Below the pieces are notes generated by a model. The model was not told the DNA's origin, searched no databases, and saw nothing but the letters and a program-made list of their open reading frames with translations. Of a stretch of DNA of 64,000 nt, positions 17,059-29,467 are shown in pieces (position 1 is the first letter of the stretch; each line of letters opens with the position of its first letter). A program made the position numbers and the translations under genes. Origin of the DNA: Pseudomonadota bacterium (lineage in GTDB: Bacteria > Pseudomonadota > Alphaproteobacteria > Sphingomonadales > Sphingomonadaceae). The DNA lies in contig JAEXAW010000084.1 of NCBI GenBank assembly GCA_023458055.1, forward strand, positions 140,468 through 204,467. The letters run 5' to 3'.

Positions 17059-17277
17059 GCGTTGGTCTCTCCCTTAAGAACCACGGGTCAAGCATGCGCT
17101 CTAGCCAGTCCGTGCATCAGGGGCAATGCCGTAACCCCGCAAATTTGCGTATCGAGCGGCTCAACCCCGGATGCGCGAACGCATAAACCTAATGATAACC
17201 CTGTTTGGATAAGCTCGAATCCATCTACACATGCGATTCGCGAGAAGCGGGCCGCCAAAAGCAGGGCCAGATAGAAG

Positions 17278-17901
17278 ATGGATGCAGGCGGGGGAATCGT
17301 CACCGGGGCGACAGACGAGGCGGCTAGATTGACTGAAACGGAAGAATTGGCGGCGCTGCGGCAAGAAGTGCAGCGGCTGACGCGCGAAAATCGCGGCCTT
17401 AAAATCGCGGTCGGCGAACTGGAACGGATCGTTGACCGCGATACGCTGACGCCGTTGTTCAACCGGCGCTATTTCATCAACGCCTTGATCAAGCGGAAGG
17501 CCTTGCTCGAACGGAGTGATGATCCGTGCGCGCTGCTATTTGTCGATGTTGACGGGCTTAAGTTGATCAATGACGCGCACGGCCATGGGGCTGGAGATTT
17601 CGCGCTGATCGAGGTCGCGGAGCGGTTGAAGGCGAATATCCGCGCCAACGATATTGCGGCGCGGATGGGCGGCGATGAATTTGCGCTGTTGCTCGACCAT
17701 GTCGATGAGGAGACCGCGCGCCAAAGAGGCGACCAGCTCGCCAGCGTGATCGGGGGCGAGCCTGCCGACTATCACGGCAAGCCTATTGCGCTCAGCATTT
17801 CAGTCGGCTGCATCATGATCACCGCCGATGAACATGAAGATGATCTCGTCGCGCGCGCGGACCAGGAAATGTACCGGGTGAAACAGCAAAAGGCGCGGTA
17901 A
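17278..17901 (+). CDS. Diguanylate cyclase (GGDEF domain) with a short N-terminal coiled-coil
   Basis: 207 aa. Active-site GGDEF (RMGGDEFALL), with an RxxD I-site (RAND) five residues upstream. Confidence 0.9.
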   Translation: MDAGGGIVTGATDEAARLTETEELAALRQEVQRLTRENRGLKIAVGELERIVDRDTLTPLFNRRYFINALIKRKALLERSDDPCALLFVDVDGLKLINDAHGHGAGDFALIEVAERLKANIRANDIAARMGGDEFALLLDHVDEETARQRGDQLASVIGGEPADYHGKPIALSISVGCIMITADEHEDDLVARADQEMYRVKQQKAR

Positions 17902-17926
17902 GGCCCTGCCCGCCTCAGCGGTGGTA

Positions 17927-17965
17927 AAATAAAAAAGGCCGGGTCGTTGCCCGGCCTTTCTTTTG
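17927..17965. terminator. Bidirectional rho-independent terminator between the convergent GGDEF gene and acnA
   Basis: GGCCGGG-tcgttg-CCCGGCC, flanked by an A-run (17927-17936) and TTTCTTTT (17957-17964). Confidence 0.8.
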
Positions 17966-17982
17966 ATCCTGTGTGGGCGCGC

Positions 17983-20658
<2,676 letters not shown>

Positions 20659-20923
20659 GGAACTTTCCCTCTATTAGCTGCGGCTTTTGCGCGAGCGGTT
20701 TGGGGAATGATACTGGTGGCCCGAAAGCCTGAGCCAAGCATCAAACCAGCGCCAAAAGCACGGGTGAATGATTATGGGAGCGCCACTAAGCCGAAAGGCG
20801 CAGGGAGTCAAAGGACGCTTCAATTTATCGCTATGCAATTTTTTTAACAGTAATACGAAACAATGTGCCATACGCCAAACAGCACATCCTTGTGCGAGCC
20901 AAGGACCTATGGGGTGATTTAGA

Positions 20924-21982
20924 ATGTCAGTATATGCATTGTGGAACAACAAAGGCGGCGTTGGGAAAAGTTACCTTACTTTTCAGATAGCTTGCGAATA
21001 TGCCCGTACTCATCGGGATCAAAAAGTCTTAGTGATTGATATGTGCCCCCAAGCCAACTCATCTTGCATGCTGCTCGGAGGAATTGAGACGGGCGAGCAA
21101 AGACTCGAAAACCTATCAGGAATGACACCCCCTCGGACGATTGCAGGGTATGTTTCAGATCGAATTGTCAGCCCATATGTAAACACCAATTCGGGTGCTC
21201 AATACCTTACACAGGTTTCAACAATTAATGATGTCGTTCCCGACAATCTGTTCCTTGTTTGCGGCGATGAAGAATTAGAAATGCAGGCAGCCGGCATTCG
21301 TCTTGCCTGTTCTGCTGGCCCTACTGACGCTTGGCGGATAGTCCATACTTGGATCACCGATCTTATCGGTGATGTTGAACATTCTTGGAATCAAGATGGA
21401 CTTACAGTTTTTATCGATTGTAATCCCAGTTTCACGATATACACGGAACTCGCATTGGCGGCATCGGACAGATTGATAATCCCTTTCTCTGCCGATGGAT
21501 CATCAAAAAGGGCTGTCAAATCAGTCCTCGCATTAGTTTACGGTGTTCTCCGTCGGCCCGGACAAATCCAATCGGATTTTTACAATAATATGACACGGTA
21601 TCGAATGGCAACTCCGCAAATATATTCTTACGTTGGGAACCGGTTAACGCAAATGAACAACAGTTCGGCGAGCGCCTTTAGAACGGTAGTTTTGGAGATA
21701 TTCAATGAGGTGTTCCGCGTATGGCAATCTAACCCTGCCCACTTTGCAGTGCATCCAACTGGAAGCCCCGCTCCAACCAATCGACAAACTTTTCGGACTA
21801 TGTTTGAGGCTCAAATCAACGATGCAAATACTGCTTCCGTAGTTTCAGGGGCTTTAGGCATACCGATATGTCGATTGACTGCTGGGACAAAGAATTTTGC
21901 TGGTCGACGAGTTCAGGTCAATCAATCGCAACTTGACAAACAACAACCCAATATCAGGGATTTTGTCGCCACAATTGAATGA
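20924..21982 (+). CDS. Orphan ParA/Soj-like P-loop ATPase with a C-terminal extension of about 150 aa
   Basis: 352 aa. Deviant Walker A NNKGGVGKS, A-prime VLVIDMCPQAN (Cys in place of the second Asp of DxDPQ), and Walker B VFIDCNPS. The gene is strongly AT-rich (49 of the first 120 nt are G or C by hand count). No parB-like neighbour. Confidence 0.8.
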   Translation: MSVYALWNNKGGVGKSYLTFQIACEYARTHRDQKVLVIDMCPQANSSCMLLGGIETGEQRLENLSGMTPPRTIAGYVSDRIVSPYVNTNSGAQYLTQVSTINDVVPDNLFLVCGDEELEMQAAGIRLACSAGPTDAWRIVHTWITDLIGDVEHSWNQDGLTVFIDCNPSFTIYTELALAASDRLIIPFSADGSSKRAVKSVLALVYGVLRRPGQIQSDFYNNMTRYRMATPQIYSYVGNRLTQMNNSSASAFRTVVLEIFNEVFRVWQSNPAHFAVHPTGSPAPTNRQTFRTMFEAQINDANTASVVSGALGIPICRLTAGTKNFAGRRVQVNQSQLDKQQPNIRDFVATIE

Positions 21983-22032
21983 AGCAATGACGGGTTCAAC
22001 GGCACAAAGCTAAGCGACTATTTCAATGCCGC

Positions 22033-22791
22033 TCAAAAATGTGCCAGATGGCCGCCGTCCACCGCTAAAATATGCCCAGTGATGAAGCTCGCGGCAGCGG
22101 AGGCGAGGAACACCGCTGCGCCCGCAATCTCTTCCGGGCGGCCCCAGCGGCCGAGCGAGGTGCGCTTGGCGAGCCATGCCGCAATGTCGGGATCGGCGGC
22201 CATTTCGCTATTGGCCTCGGTCGCGAAATAGCCGGGCGCGATGCCGTTGACGGTAATCCCGCGCGGCCCCAGCTCCGCCGCCAGCGCGCGGGTGAGCGCC
22301 GCTAGCCCGCCTTTGGCGCTGGTGTAGGCCGCATCCCCGCCCCGCGCGAGCGGCCCTGCGATCGAACAGATATTGATGATCCGGCTGCCTTCGCCCATCT
22401 GGGCGGCGGCCAGTCGCGCCAGATCGAACGGCGCGACCAGATCGATTTCGAAGAGCGCGCGCACCGCCTCGCGACCGAGCTCAGCCAGCGGGCGACGATC
22501 CCGCACGCCCGCATTATTGACCAATATGTCGATCGGACCCAAATCGTGCATGGCAGCCTCGGTCGCGGCGCTATCGCCCAGATCAAAGGCGATGGCGCTG
22601 AACTGCCGCCCCGGATTTTCGCTCTCCAGCCGCACCACGGCGGCGCGGACTTTCGCGGGATCGCGGCCATGGAGGACAACATGCGCCCCGGCCTCGGCCA
22701 GACCGCGCGCCATCTCGCGCCCCAGGCCGCCGGTCGAGCCGGTGATAAGCGCGCGCTTTGCCGCAAGATTGAAGGGATGCGATAGTGTCAT
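22033..22791 (-). CDS. SDR-family oxidoreductase (gluconate 5-dehydrogenase-like)
   Basis: 252 aa. TGSTGGLG cofactor motif and YTSAK catalytic motif. Confidence 0.88.
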   Translation of the reverse strand: MTLSHPFNLAAKRALITGSTGGLGREMARGLAEAGAHVVLHGRDPAKVRAAVVRLESENPGRQFSAIAFDLGDSAATEAAMHDLGPIDILVNNAGVRDRRPLAELGREAVRALFEIDLVAPFDLARLAAAQMGEGSRIINICSIAGPLARGGDAAYTSAKGGLAALTRALAAELGPRGITVNGIAPGYFATEANSEMAADPDIAAWLAKRTSLGRWGRPEEIAGAAVFLASAAASFITGHILAVDGGHLAHF

Positions 22792-23013
22792 GGCACGGTG
22801 CCTAGCAGGAGGTTGGCCCGGCTGCCAAACTTATTGAGACGGATTTACGGCTGGCCGCCAGCTCCATAACAATACGAAAAGTTACGATTTTTCTGGCCAA
22901 ACTATCCTGCTTCTATTTGCGGCGAAAAAATTTTGCTGATATCAGCAGCGATTGCGGTATTTGCCGCTACGATAGTCTTTGTTAATAGATGGCTGGCAAC
23001 CAGGGGCCCATAT

Positions 23014-25200
23014 ATGTTTCGTATCATCGCCGCCGCGAGTTTGGTTTTGGCGCAAGCCTTGGGTATCTGGTCTCCGGCTTATGCCGCCCATGAAGCCGGC
23101 GCGGTCAACACAATGGTTAACGAAATCGTGTTTGTCGACGCGCGAATCGATGATCGCCAGAGCATGATCGATGCCTTGAATACGGACACAAGCCAAGCCA
23201 ACCGCATGGTGGTGGTGACGGGCGATGATATGCTCGGCGAGATGGATCGCATCCTCGCGCAGCATCACAACCTCGCCAAAATCCACATCATTGCCCACGG
23301 CGCGCCGGGGCAGCTTAATCTCGGCAAAGCAACGCTGGTCCGTCCGACCCTGCAAGACGAAGCAGCCCGCATGGCGCGTTGGGGCAAGGCCCTGTCTAGC
23401 GATGGCGGCATCTATATTTATGGCTGCGAACTGGCCAAGGGCGAGAATGGCGAGGCGCTTGTGCAGCGGATGGCCGATTACGCAGGCCGCCCTATTTTCG
23501 CTTCCAACACCGCGACCGGCAATGCCCAAAAAGGCGGCGACTGGACGCTCGAATATGCGGCGCGTCCGGCAGAGGCTGCGAAGGCCCTGAAACTACCGAC
23601 CTATCAGGGCCTGTTATGGACTACGCAAGCCTGGGCAGGTGGATGGTATGGCGACCTCAACGCGACCATTACCGATCGTCGTCAACCTGACACGTCCGGT
23701 GTTGGCTTTTCCAGCATGGGGTTCATGACGGGCGGCGCGGGGGTTACCCAAACCACGCCGGTATATAACGGAACGTCCGTTTTCCGGGCGACAGGTATTT
23801 CCGCTACAAATATCACCCAGTCGGTTAGCGGCAATCAATATATCGGGGCAGCGCTCACCGTCGATCCTGCGGCCACGGCCGGAGTAAGAATTTCGCAGAT
23901 CACCTATAATCAAGTAGCTAATACCTCGCCAACCACCGACACCAATCAGGAAACGACCACGCGGGTTCAGGTTGCCATTTATGATCCCACCGGTACTCTC
24001 GGGACTAACCCGGTCATAATTTCAAGCGCCGTCGCGACCCGGGGAACCTTGACCACGCAGACAATCCCCCTCACGTCGCAGCCCGTGCTGATGCCGGGTG
24101 TGGCCTATGAAATCCGCTTCTATTTCTTTGATACCAACACCAACGCAACCAATGTTGCGATTTTCGATAATCCCATAATTAATGTCCAATATGGCCAAGC
24201 CGTGCGGCTTCGGAAAACTTGGGTCGGGGCCGCCGTAGGCGATAGCGCTACCATTAATGTTACGGGATCGGGAACAAGCAGCTTTACGGCAACCGCAACG
24301 CAGGCCAATGAAACCTTGCAGCAGGCCCAGGCCAATTGGCTCTATCTGAACACGGGCAATAGCGTGACATTCGCGGAAACGCTGGCCGCCACCAATACGG
24401 GTGGCTATACGCCGTCGCTCGCCTGCTCAGGCAACACCAATGCGCTGTCGGGAAGTTCGCTGACCATCGCTGCGGCCGACCGGCTGATCACCTGCACCTA
24501 TACCAATAACCGCAAGCCCGAAATCACGCTTTACAAAAAGACGGCCGGGTCGACCGGAGGTCCGTTCACCTTCACGCTCACCAATACGACGCTGGCGAGT
24601 AACAGCGTCACCACGACCACTGCGGATACGGCAACGCAGGTCGATGGCAATACGACGCTGACCGGGGCCAACCCGTTCATCGTTTCATCGGTTAGCACGC
24701 CCGTGACAATCAGCGAATCGACGGTCGCTCCGGATTTTGTGCTGGATACAAGCGCGACCTATACGTCCTGCAAAAATTCGGGCGGAACCACTGTCGGCTC
24801 TTATTCGGGCGCATCCTATACCATCCCGACAGGGGCACTCACCACCGGCGCGCAGATCAGCTGCGAATTTTTGAACCGTCCCGAGGTCAAATTGTCGATG
24901 ACCAAGACCAACACGCCCGCCGCAGGCAATGTCGATCAGAACGGCGACACGGTGATCTCCGGTACCACGACGACCTACACGGTCACCGCAAGGAACATCG
25001 GCGCGCAGCCGGCCGACGGTGCGACGGTACAGGATACGCCGGGGGCCGGCCTGTCTTCCTGTGTCGTTACCAACTGTACCGCGTCGGGGTCGGCGCAGTG
25101 CCCCGCAACGCCGGGCAACATCATGACCGGACCAACCGCTATCCCGACCTTCCCGGCAGGGAGCACCGTGACTTTCACAGTGCAGTGCAACTTCAACTAA
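23014..25200 (+). CDS. Secreted protein: N-terminal DUF4347 domain, Thr/Ser-rich beta-type repeats, C-terminal DUF11-like domain
   Basis: The ORF opens at 22933 (TTG). Met at 23014 gives the signal peptide MFRIIAAASLVLAQALGIWSPAYA. DUF4347-type block EIVFVDARIDD...IHIIAHGAPGQLNLG. The last roughly 103 aa are paralogous to the C-terminus of the 61647-63218 protein. Confidence 0.75.
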   Translation: MFRIIAAASLVLAQALGIWSPAYAAHEAGAVNTMVNEIVFVDARIDDRQSMIDALNTDTSQANRMVVVTGDDMLGEMDRILAQHHNLAKIHIIAHGAPGQLNLGKATLVRPTLQDEAARMARWGKALSSDGGIYIYGCELAKGENGEALVQRMADYAGRPIFASNTATGNAQKGGDWTLEYAARPAEAAKALKLPTYQGLLWTTQAWAGGWYGDLNATITDRRQPDTSGVGFSSMGFMTGGAGVTQTTPVYNGTSVFRATGISATNITQSVSGNQYIGAALTVDPAATAGVRISQITYNQVANTSPTTDTNQETTTRVQVAIYDPTGTLGTNPVIISSAVATRGTLTTQTIPLTSQPVLMPGVAYEIRFYFFDTNTNATNVAIFDNPIINVQYGQAVRLRKTWVGAAVGDSATINVTGSGTSSFTATATQANETLQQAQANWLYLNTGNSVTFAETLAATNTGGYTPSLACSGNTNALSGSSLTIAAADRLITCTYTNNRKPEITLYKKTAGSTGGPFTFTLTNTTLASNSVTTTTADTATQVDGNTTLTGANPFIVSSVSTPVTISESTVAPDFVLDTSATYTSCKNSGGTTVGSYSGASYTIPTGALTTGAQISCEFLNRPEVKLSMTKTNTPAAGNVDQNGDTVISGTTTTYTVTARNIGAQPADGATVQDTPGAGLSSCVVTNCTASGSAQCPATPGNIMTGPTAIPTFPAGSTVTFTVQCNFN

Positions 25201-25220
25201 AAGTGCGTGTTGGCGGCGCT

Positions 25221-25943
25221 TTATCCGCGCCGCCGATAGCGGAAATACCAAACCTCGTGCCCGATTTCGCGGGCCTTGGCCTCGTAACGGGTTTCGGGCC
25301 AGCCGCCGGGGCGGGTGAGAAAATCCTTCGGGCTTTGCGCGAGCCATTCAAACTGGTGCTCGTGCCGTGCCATCACCATCATCGCGTGGCGGACATAGAC
25401 GGGATGATCGGTGCCGAACCGGAACTCGCCGCCGGGTTTCAGCTTCGCCGCGATCATGTCCACGGGCCCGTCATTCATCATCCGCCGCTTGGCGTGGCGC
25501 GCCTTGGGCCACGGGTCGGGGTGGAGCAGATAAACAAAGCTCAGCGCGCCATCGGGCACCCGGCGCAGCGCATCGAGCGCATCGCCCATATGGAGGCGGA
25601 CATTGGGAAGATGCCGGTCGCGCACATGGCCGAGCGCCGAGACCACGCCGTTCAGGAAGGGCTCTGCGCCGATGAAGCCATGGTCGGGCAGCATATCGGC
25701 GCGTTCCGCCATATGCTCGCCCCCGCCAAAGCCGATCTCGAAATGCAACGGGCGATCATAGCCGAACAGGTCCGCTGCGGTCACCGGCCCTTCAGCGGGC
25801 ACCGAAATAGCGGGGAGCAATCGCTCCACCAACTCCTGCTGCCCGGCGCGCAATTTTTTGCCCTTGGAACGGCCATAAAGACGCGACAATTCGGTCGGAT
25901 CACCCGCTTTATTGCTGGTTTTTGGGGGATGGATGTCACGCAT
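25221..25943 (-). CDS. trmB: tRNA (guanine46-N7)-methyltransferase
   Basis: 240 aa with FEIGFGGGEH SAM-binding motif. TrmB-like throughout. Confidence 0.92.
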   Translation of the reverse strand: MRDIHPPKTSNKAGDPTELSRLYGRSKGKKLRAGQQELVERLLPAISVPAEGPVTAADLFGYDRPLHFEIGFGGGEHMAERADMLPDHGFIGAEPFLNGVVSALGHVRDRHLPNVRLHMGDALDALRRVPDGALSFVYLLHPDPWPKARHAKRRMMNDGPVDMIAAKLKPGGEFRFGTDHPVYVRHAMMVMARHEHQFEWLAQSPKDFLTRPGGWPETRYEAKAREIGHEVWYFRYRRRG

Positions 25944-26057
25944 AGGAGGCTCTTTAAACTGGCCGCTCCAATGATGAAACCATGAATCTTTAATGGCGGA
26001 CGCAACTTAATTGCCCGCCATCGATTGTCCGTTCACTCACAGGGAGGGATTCGCTAA

Positions 26058-26699
26058 ATGGCCAAAATGACGACGACCGGCAAAACCAAGGCCGCGTTGA
26101 AAAAAAATGACGTCAAAACTTCAGAAAAAACGGCCAAAGCCAAAGGGATCGCGCGTGCGAAGGCTCATGCTCCCCATCTGGCCGCACCGATTGGTCAAAC
26201 GCCGCTTACCAAATTTCGCGGCAATCCCGACATTTTTGGGCGGCTCGTCGAAGACCATGACAAGCACCGCGCGCTGGTGGCGATGATCGAACAAACCGAA
26301 GGCAAGTCCAAAGACCGCCAGAAATTGTTCGAGGAACTGGTCAAGGAATTAAAGGCCCACGCGGCGGCGGAAGATCAGGCTCTATGGTCGACTGTGCTGC
26401 GCAACCCTGAAACCACCGATGACGGTCGCCACGCAGTTGCCGAGCATAAAGAGATCGACGATATGCTCGCGGACCTCGCCGCCCGTGACATGGGGAAATC
26501 CGGATGGCTCAAACGCTTTGCGACCTTCAAGGAGGAATATCTCCACCACATCAAGGAAGAAGAGCAAGAGCAGTTTGTTGCTGCTGAAAAGCATCTGAGC
26601 GCCGCCGACGTCAAATATATGAAGAGCATTTTTGTCCGGCGCAAAAAGGAAGAAAAAGCAGCCGCGACGGTCGAAAAGAAAATCAAGCTCAAGGCCTGA
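26058..26699 (+). CDS. Hemerythrin (HHE cation-binding) domain protein with Lys-rich termini
   Basis: 213 aa with spaced His/Glu motifs (EDHDKHR, KAHAAAED, AEHKEID). Confidence 0.75.
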   Translation: MAKMTTTGKTKAALKKNDVKTSEKTAKAKGIARAKAHAPHLAAPIGQTPLTKFRGNPDIFGRLVEDHDKHRALVAMIEQTEGKSKDRQKLFEELVKELKAHAAAEDQALWSTVLRNPETTDDGRHAVAEHKEIDDMLADLAARDMGKSGWLKRFATFKEEYLHHIKEEEQEQFVAAEKHLSAADVKYMKSIFVRRKKEEKAAATVEKKIKLKA

Positions 26700-26832
26700 T
26701 CATTATAACGGCTCCATTTTCGTATTGAGCGAGATTAACTCCTGCGTTTCTTTCTAGGGGATAGGGTAGCGCCAAGATATAACGACTCTGCAATTTATAA
26801 GCTCCGGTACGTAAGGAAAGGTGAGGCCGTCA

Positions 26833-27075
26833 ATGTTCACGCAATTGAACCCGCCCATCCCGGTTCATGTTCTGGAACGTGGTGATGGTTATGCGGTGGC
26901 CGTCATTGATTATGGTCAGGAGCATAATCTGATCTGGGTCACCGCGCTTGATGCGACGGGCGAAATATGGTGCGCGCCCAACCCCAAGGTCCGCTTCCAG
27001 AAGAATTGGAGCATGGGCCGTTTGCCCGTGGCCGCAGTACCCGCGGTCGATATGTCTAACCGGGTCCCGGCGTAA
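26833..27075 (+). CDS. Small hypothetical protein
   Basis: 80 aa from the ATG at 26833 (RBS GGTGAGG 6 nt upstream; the ORF opens at GTG 26821). Followed by a terminator and preceded by an AT-rich spacer. No family recognised. Confidence 0.5.
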   Translation: MFTQLNPPIPVHVLERGDGYAVAVIDYGQEHNLIWVTALDATGEIWCAPNPKVRFQKNWSMGRLPVAAVPAVDMSNRVPA

Positions 27076-27114
27076 GGCGCGGTTCGTCCGTACGCCCGAC
27101 CCGAATGTAATATG

Positions 27115-27141
27115 AAGCCCGGACATAATCCCGGGCTTTTC
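27115..27141 (+). terminator. Rho-independent terminator
   Basis: AAGCCCGG-acataatc-CCGGGCTT followed by TTC. Confidence 0.7.
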
Positions 27142-27178
27142 ATATCCGTTAATTAACATCACAAGAGAGGAATGCCCC

Positions 27179-29398
27179 ATGCCTGACCAGAAACCGACCG
27201 CAGCCGATTCCCCCAAGGGCGACCGGATGGTGGACAAAAAAGCCAAGGCAGCCTCGCCCGCGCTCGATAATAAGCTTGATAAGCATGCGCCCGGCTCCGG
27301 CAAGCAAGCGCCGACCGATGCTGGCAAGCCCGGCAATGGCGGCGAGGAACATCAATATGTGCCGCATGACGGCAACCATGAAGATAGCGTCGCGCACCTC
27401 ACCGACAATTTCGGCCATCGTATATCGGACAACCAGAACAGCCTGCGTGCAGGCGAGCGCGGCCCGACCTTGCTCGAAGATTTTATCCTGCGCGAAAAAA
27501 TCTTCCATTTCGACCATGAGCGCATCCCCGAACGCATCGTCCACGCGCGCGGCAGCGGCGCGCATGGGGTGTTCAAGGTCACCAAGGCAATCCCCGAATT
27601 CACCAAGGCGTCGCTATTCCAGAAAGCGGGCAATGAATGTCCGGTGTTCGTCCGCTTTTCAACCGTAGCGGGCGGCGCAGGCAGCATTGATACACCGCGC
27701 GACGTGCGCGGCTTTGCGGTCAAATTCTACACCGACAGCGGTAATTGGGATCTGGTCGGCAATAATATCGCGCCCTTCTTCATTCAGGACGCGATCAAAT
27801 TTCCCGACCTTGTCCATAGCGTCAAGATGGAGGCCGACCGCGGCTATCCGCAGGCCGCATCCGCCCATGACACCTTCTGGGATTTCATCAGCCTGATGCC
27901 CGAAACCATGCACATGGTGATGTGGGCAATGTCGGACCGCGCCATTCCGCGCAGCCTCCGCATGATGGAAGGATTTGGTGTCCACACCTTCCGTTTTGTC
28001 AACGCAAAGGGTGAAGGCAAATTCGTCAAATTTCACTGGAAACCGCGCCTCGGCATGCAATCAACCTGTTGGGAAGAAGCGGTCAAGATTGCCGGGGCCG
28101 ATCCCGACTATCATCGCCGCGACTTGTATGAAGCGATTGATGCGGGCGATTATCCCGAATGGGACTTGGGCGTGCAGATTTTTGATGAAAGCTTTGCGGC
28201 GAAACAGCCTTATGACGTCCTTGATGCAACCAAGCTTATCCCCGAAGAGGATGTGCCGGTGCAGTTGATCGGCACGATGACGCTCAACCGTAATGTCGAT
28301 AATTTCTTTGCCGAAACCGAACAGGTGGCGTTCCTGCCCTCCAATGTCATTCCGGGGATTGATTTCACCAATGATCCGTTGCTCCAGGGGCGGCTATTTT
28401 CCTACCTCGACACGCAAAAGTCGCGGCTCGGCACCACCAATTTCCACCAGATCCCGATCAATGCGCCCAAATGCCCGTTCCACAATTTCCAGCGGGACGG
28501 CATGATGCAGACTTTGGTGCCGGTAGGCCGCGCCAATTACGAACCCAATAGCCTTGCCCAAGCGGGCGAAGATGGCGGACCGCGCGAATGTCCGGAAACC
28601 GGCTTTTCCAGCTTCAAGGCCAATGACGAGCGCAATGACCCCAAGGAAAAATTGCGCGTGCGATCAGAATTGTTCGCGGACCATTATAGCCAGGCGCGAT
28701 TATTCTTCCAATCGCAGACGGAGATTGAACAGACGCATATCATTGCCGCTCTGGTGTTTGAACTGTCCAAAGTTGGCTTGCCGCACGTGCGCGAGCGGGT
28801 CCTCAGCCGCCTGCGCAATATTGACGAGGATTTGGCCAAACGGGTCGCAGCGGGTCTGGCGATGGACCTGCCGGCCAAGGCCAAGGCGGCGAAAGAGCCG
28901 GTCACGCTGAAACCGTCCAAGGCCTTGTCCATCCTCGCCAATGCCAAACCCGTGCTCAAGGGCCGCAAGGTTGGCATCCTGTTTGCGGAAGGCTCAAGCA
29001 TGAGCGACATCGAGGCCACCAAGAAAGCGGCGCTCGATGCGGGCGCCGCGGTCATGCTGATTGCGCCCAAGGTGGGCGGGATCAAGGTCGATGGCGGTAC
29101 GCTTGAAGCCGACGGACAAGTTGCGGGAACCCCGTCCGTGCTGCTTGATGCGGTCGCGCTGGTGCTCACCGATGCTGCCGCCAAAAAGCTGACCAAGGAT
29201 AGCGCCGCTGTGGGGTTCGTCTCCGATGCCTGGGCGCATTTGAAAGCGATTGGTCATAATGACGGGGCCAAGGCGCTGCTCGACCATTGCCATGTTCCGG
29301 CCGATGCCGAGGGCGTGACGGGTCTTGGCAAAGCCTTCGCCGAGGCGGCGGCCACGCGCTACCATGCGCGTGAGCCCGAGGTTCGCGACCTCCCGTAA
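27179..29398 (+). CDS. katE: Large-subunit catalase HPII
   Basis: 739 aa. [20 protein letters not shown] catalase motif plus a C-terminal flavodoxin/DJ-1-like domain typical of HPII. Confidence 0.96.
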   Translation: MPDQKPTAADSPKGDRMVDKKAKAASPALDNKLDKHAPGSGKQAPTDAGKPGNGGEEHQYVPHDGNHEDSVAHLTDNFGHRISDNQNSLRAGERGPTLLEDFILREKIFHFDHERIPERIVHARGSGAHGVFKVTKAIPEFTKASLFQKAGNECPVFVRFSTVAGGAGSIDTPRDVRGFAVKFYTDSGNWDLVGNNIAPFFIQDAIKFPDLVHSVKMEADRGYPQAASAHDTFWDFISLMPETMHMVMWAMSDRAIPRSLRMMEGFGVHTFRFVNAKGEGKFVKFHWKPRLGMQSTCWEEAVKIAGADPDYHRRDLYEAIDAGDYPEWDLGVQIFDESFAAKQPYDVLDATKLIPEEDVPVQLIGTMTLNRNVDNFFAETEQVAFLPSNVIPGIDFTNDPLLQGRLFSYLDTQKSRLGTTNFHQIPINAPKCPFHNFQRDGMMQTLVPVGRANYEPNSLAQAGEDGGPRECPETGFSSFKANDERNDPKEKLRVRSELFADHYSQARLFFQSQTEIEQTHIIAALVFELSKVGLPHVRERVLSRLRNIDEDLAKRVAAGLAMDLPAKAKAAKEPVTLKPSKALSILANAKPVLKGRKVGILFAEGSSMSDIEATKKAALDAGAAVMLIAPKVGGIKVDGGTLEADGQVAGTPSVLLDAVALVLTDAAAKKLTKDSAAVGFVSDAWAHLKAIGHNDGAKALLDHCHVPADAEGVTGLGKAFAEAAATRYHAREPEVRDLP

Positions 29399-29403
29399 TA
29401 GGA

Positions 29404-29449
29404 TCAAACAAAAGGGCACCGGAGCGATGACTCCGGTGCCCTTATTTTA
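29404..29449. terminator. Bidirectional terminator between convergent katE and metK
   Basis: 13-bp stem AAGGGCACCGGAG-cgatga-CTCCGGTGCCCTT, with ATTTT downstream and a TTTGTTTG equivalent on the other strand. Confidence 0.85.
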
Positions 29450-29467
29450 CCTGTTGGTGTGGCGAAT

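Noticed and set aside
22933-23013. TTG-initiated 27-codon extension of the DUF4347 gene, including the perfect palindrome GCTGATATCAGC (22935-22946).
   Set aside because: The Met at 23014 gives a canonical signal peptide, and the extension adds a second hydrophobic stretch with no RBS. The 12-nt palindrome alone is not enough to call a regulatory site.
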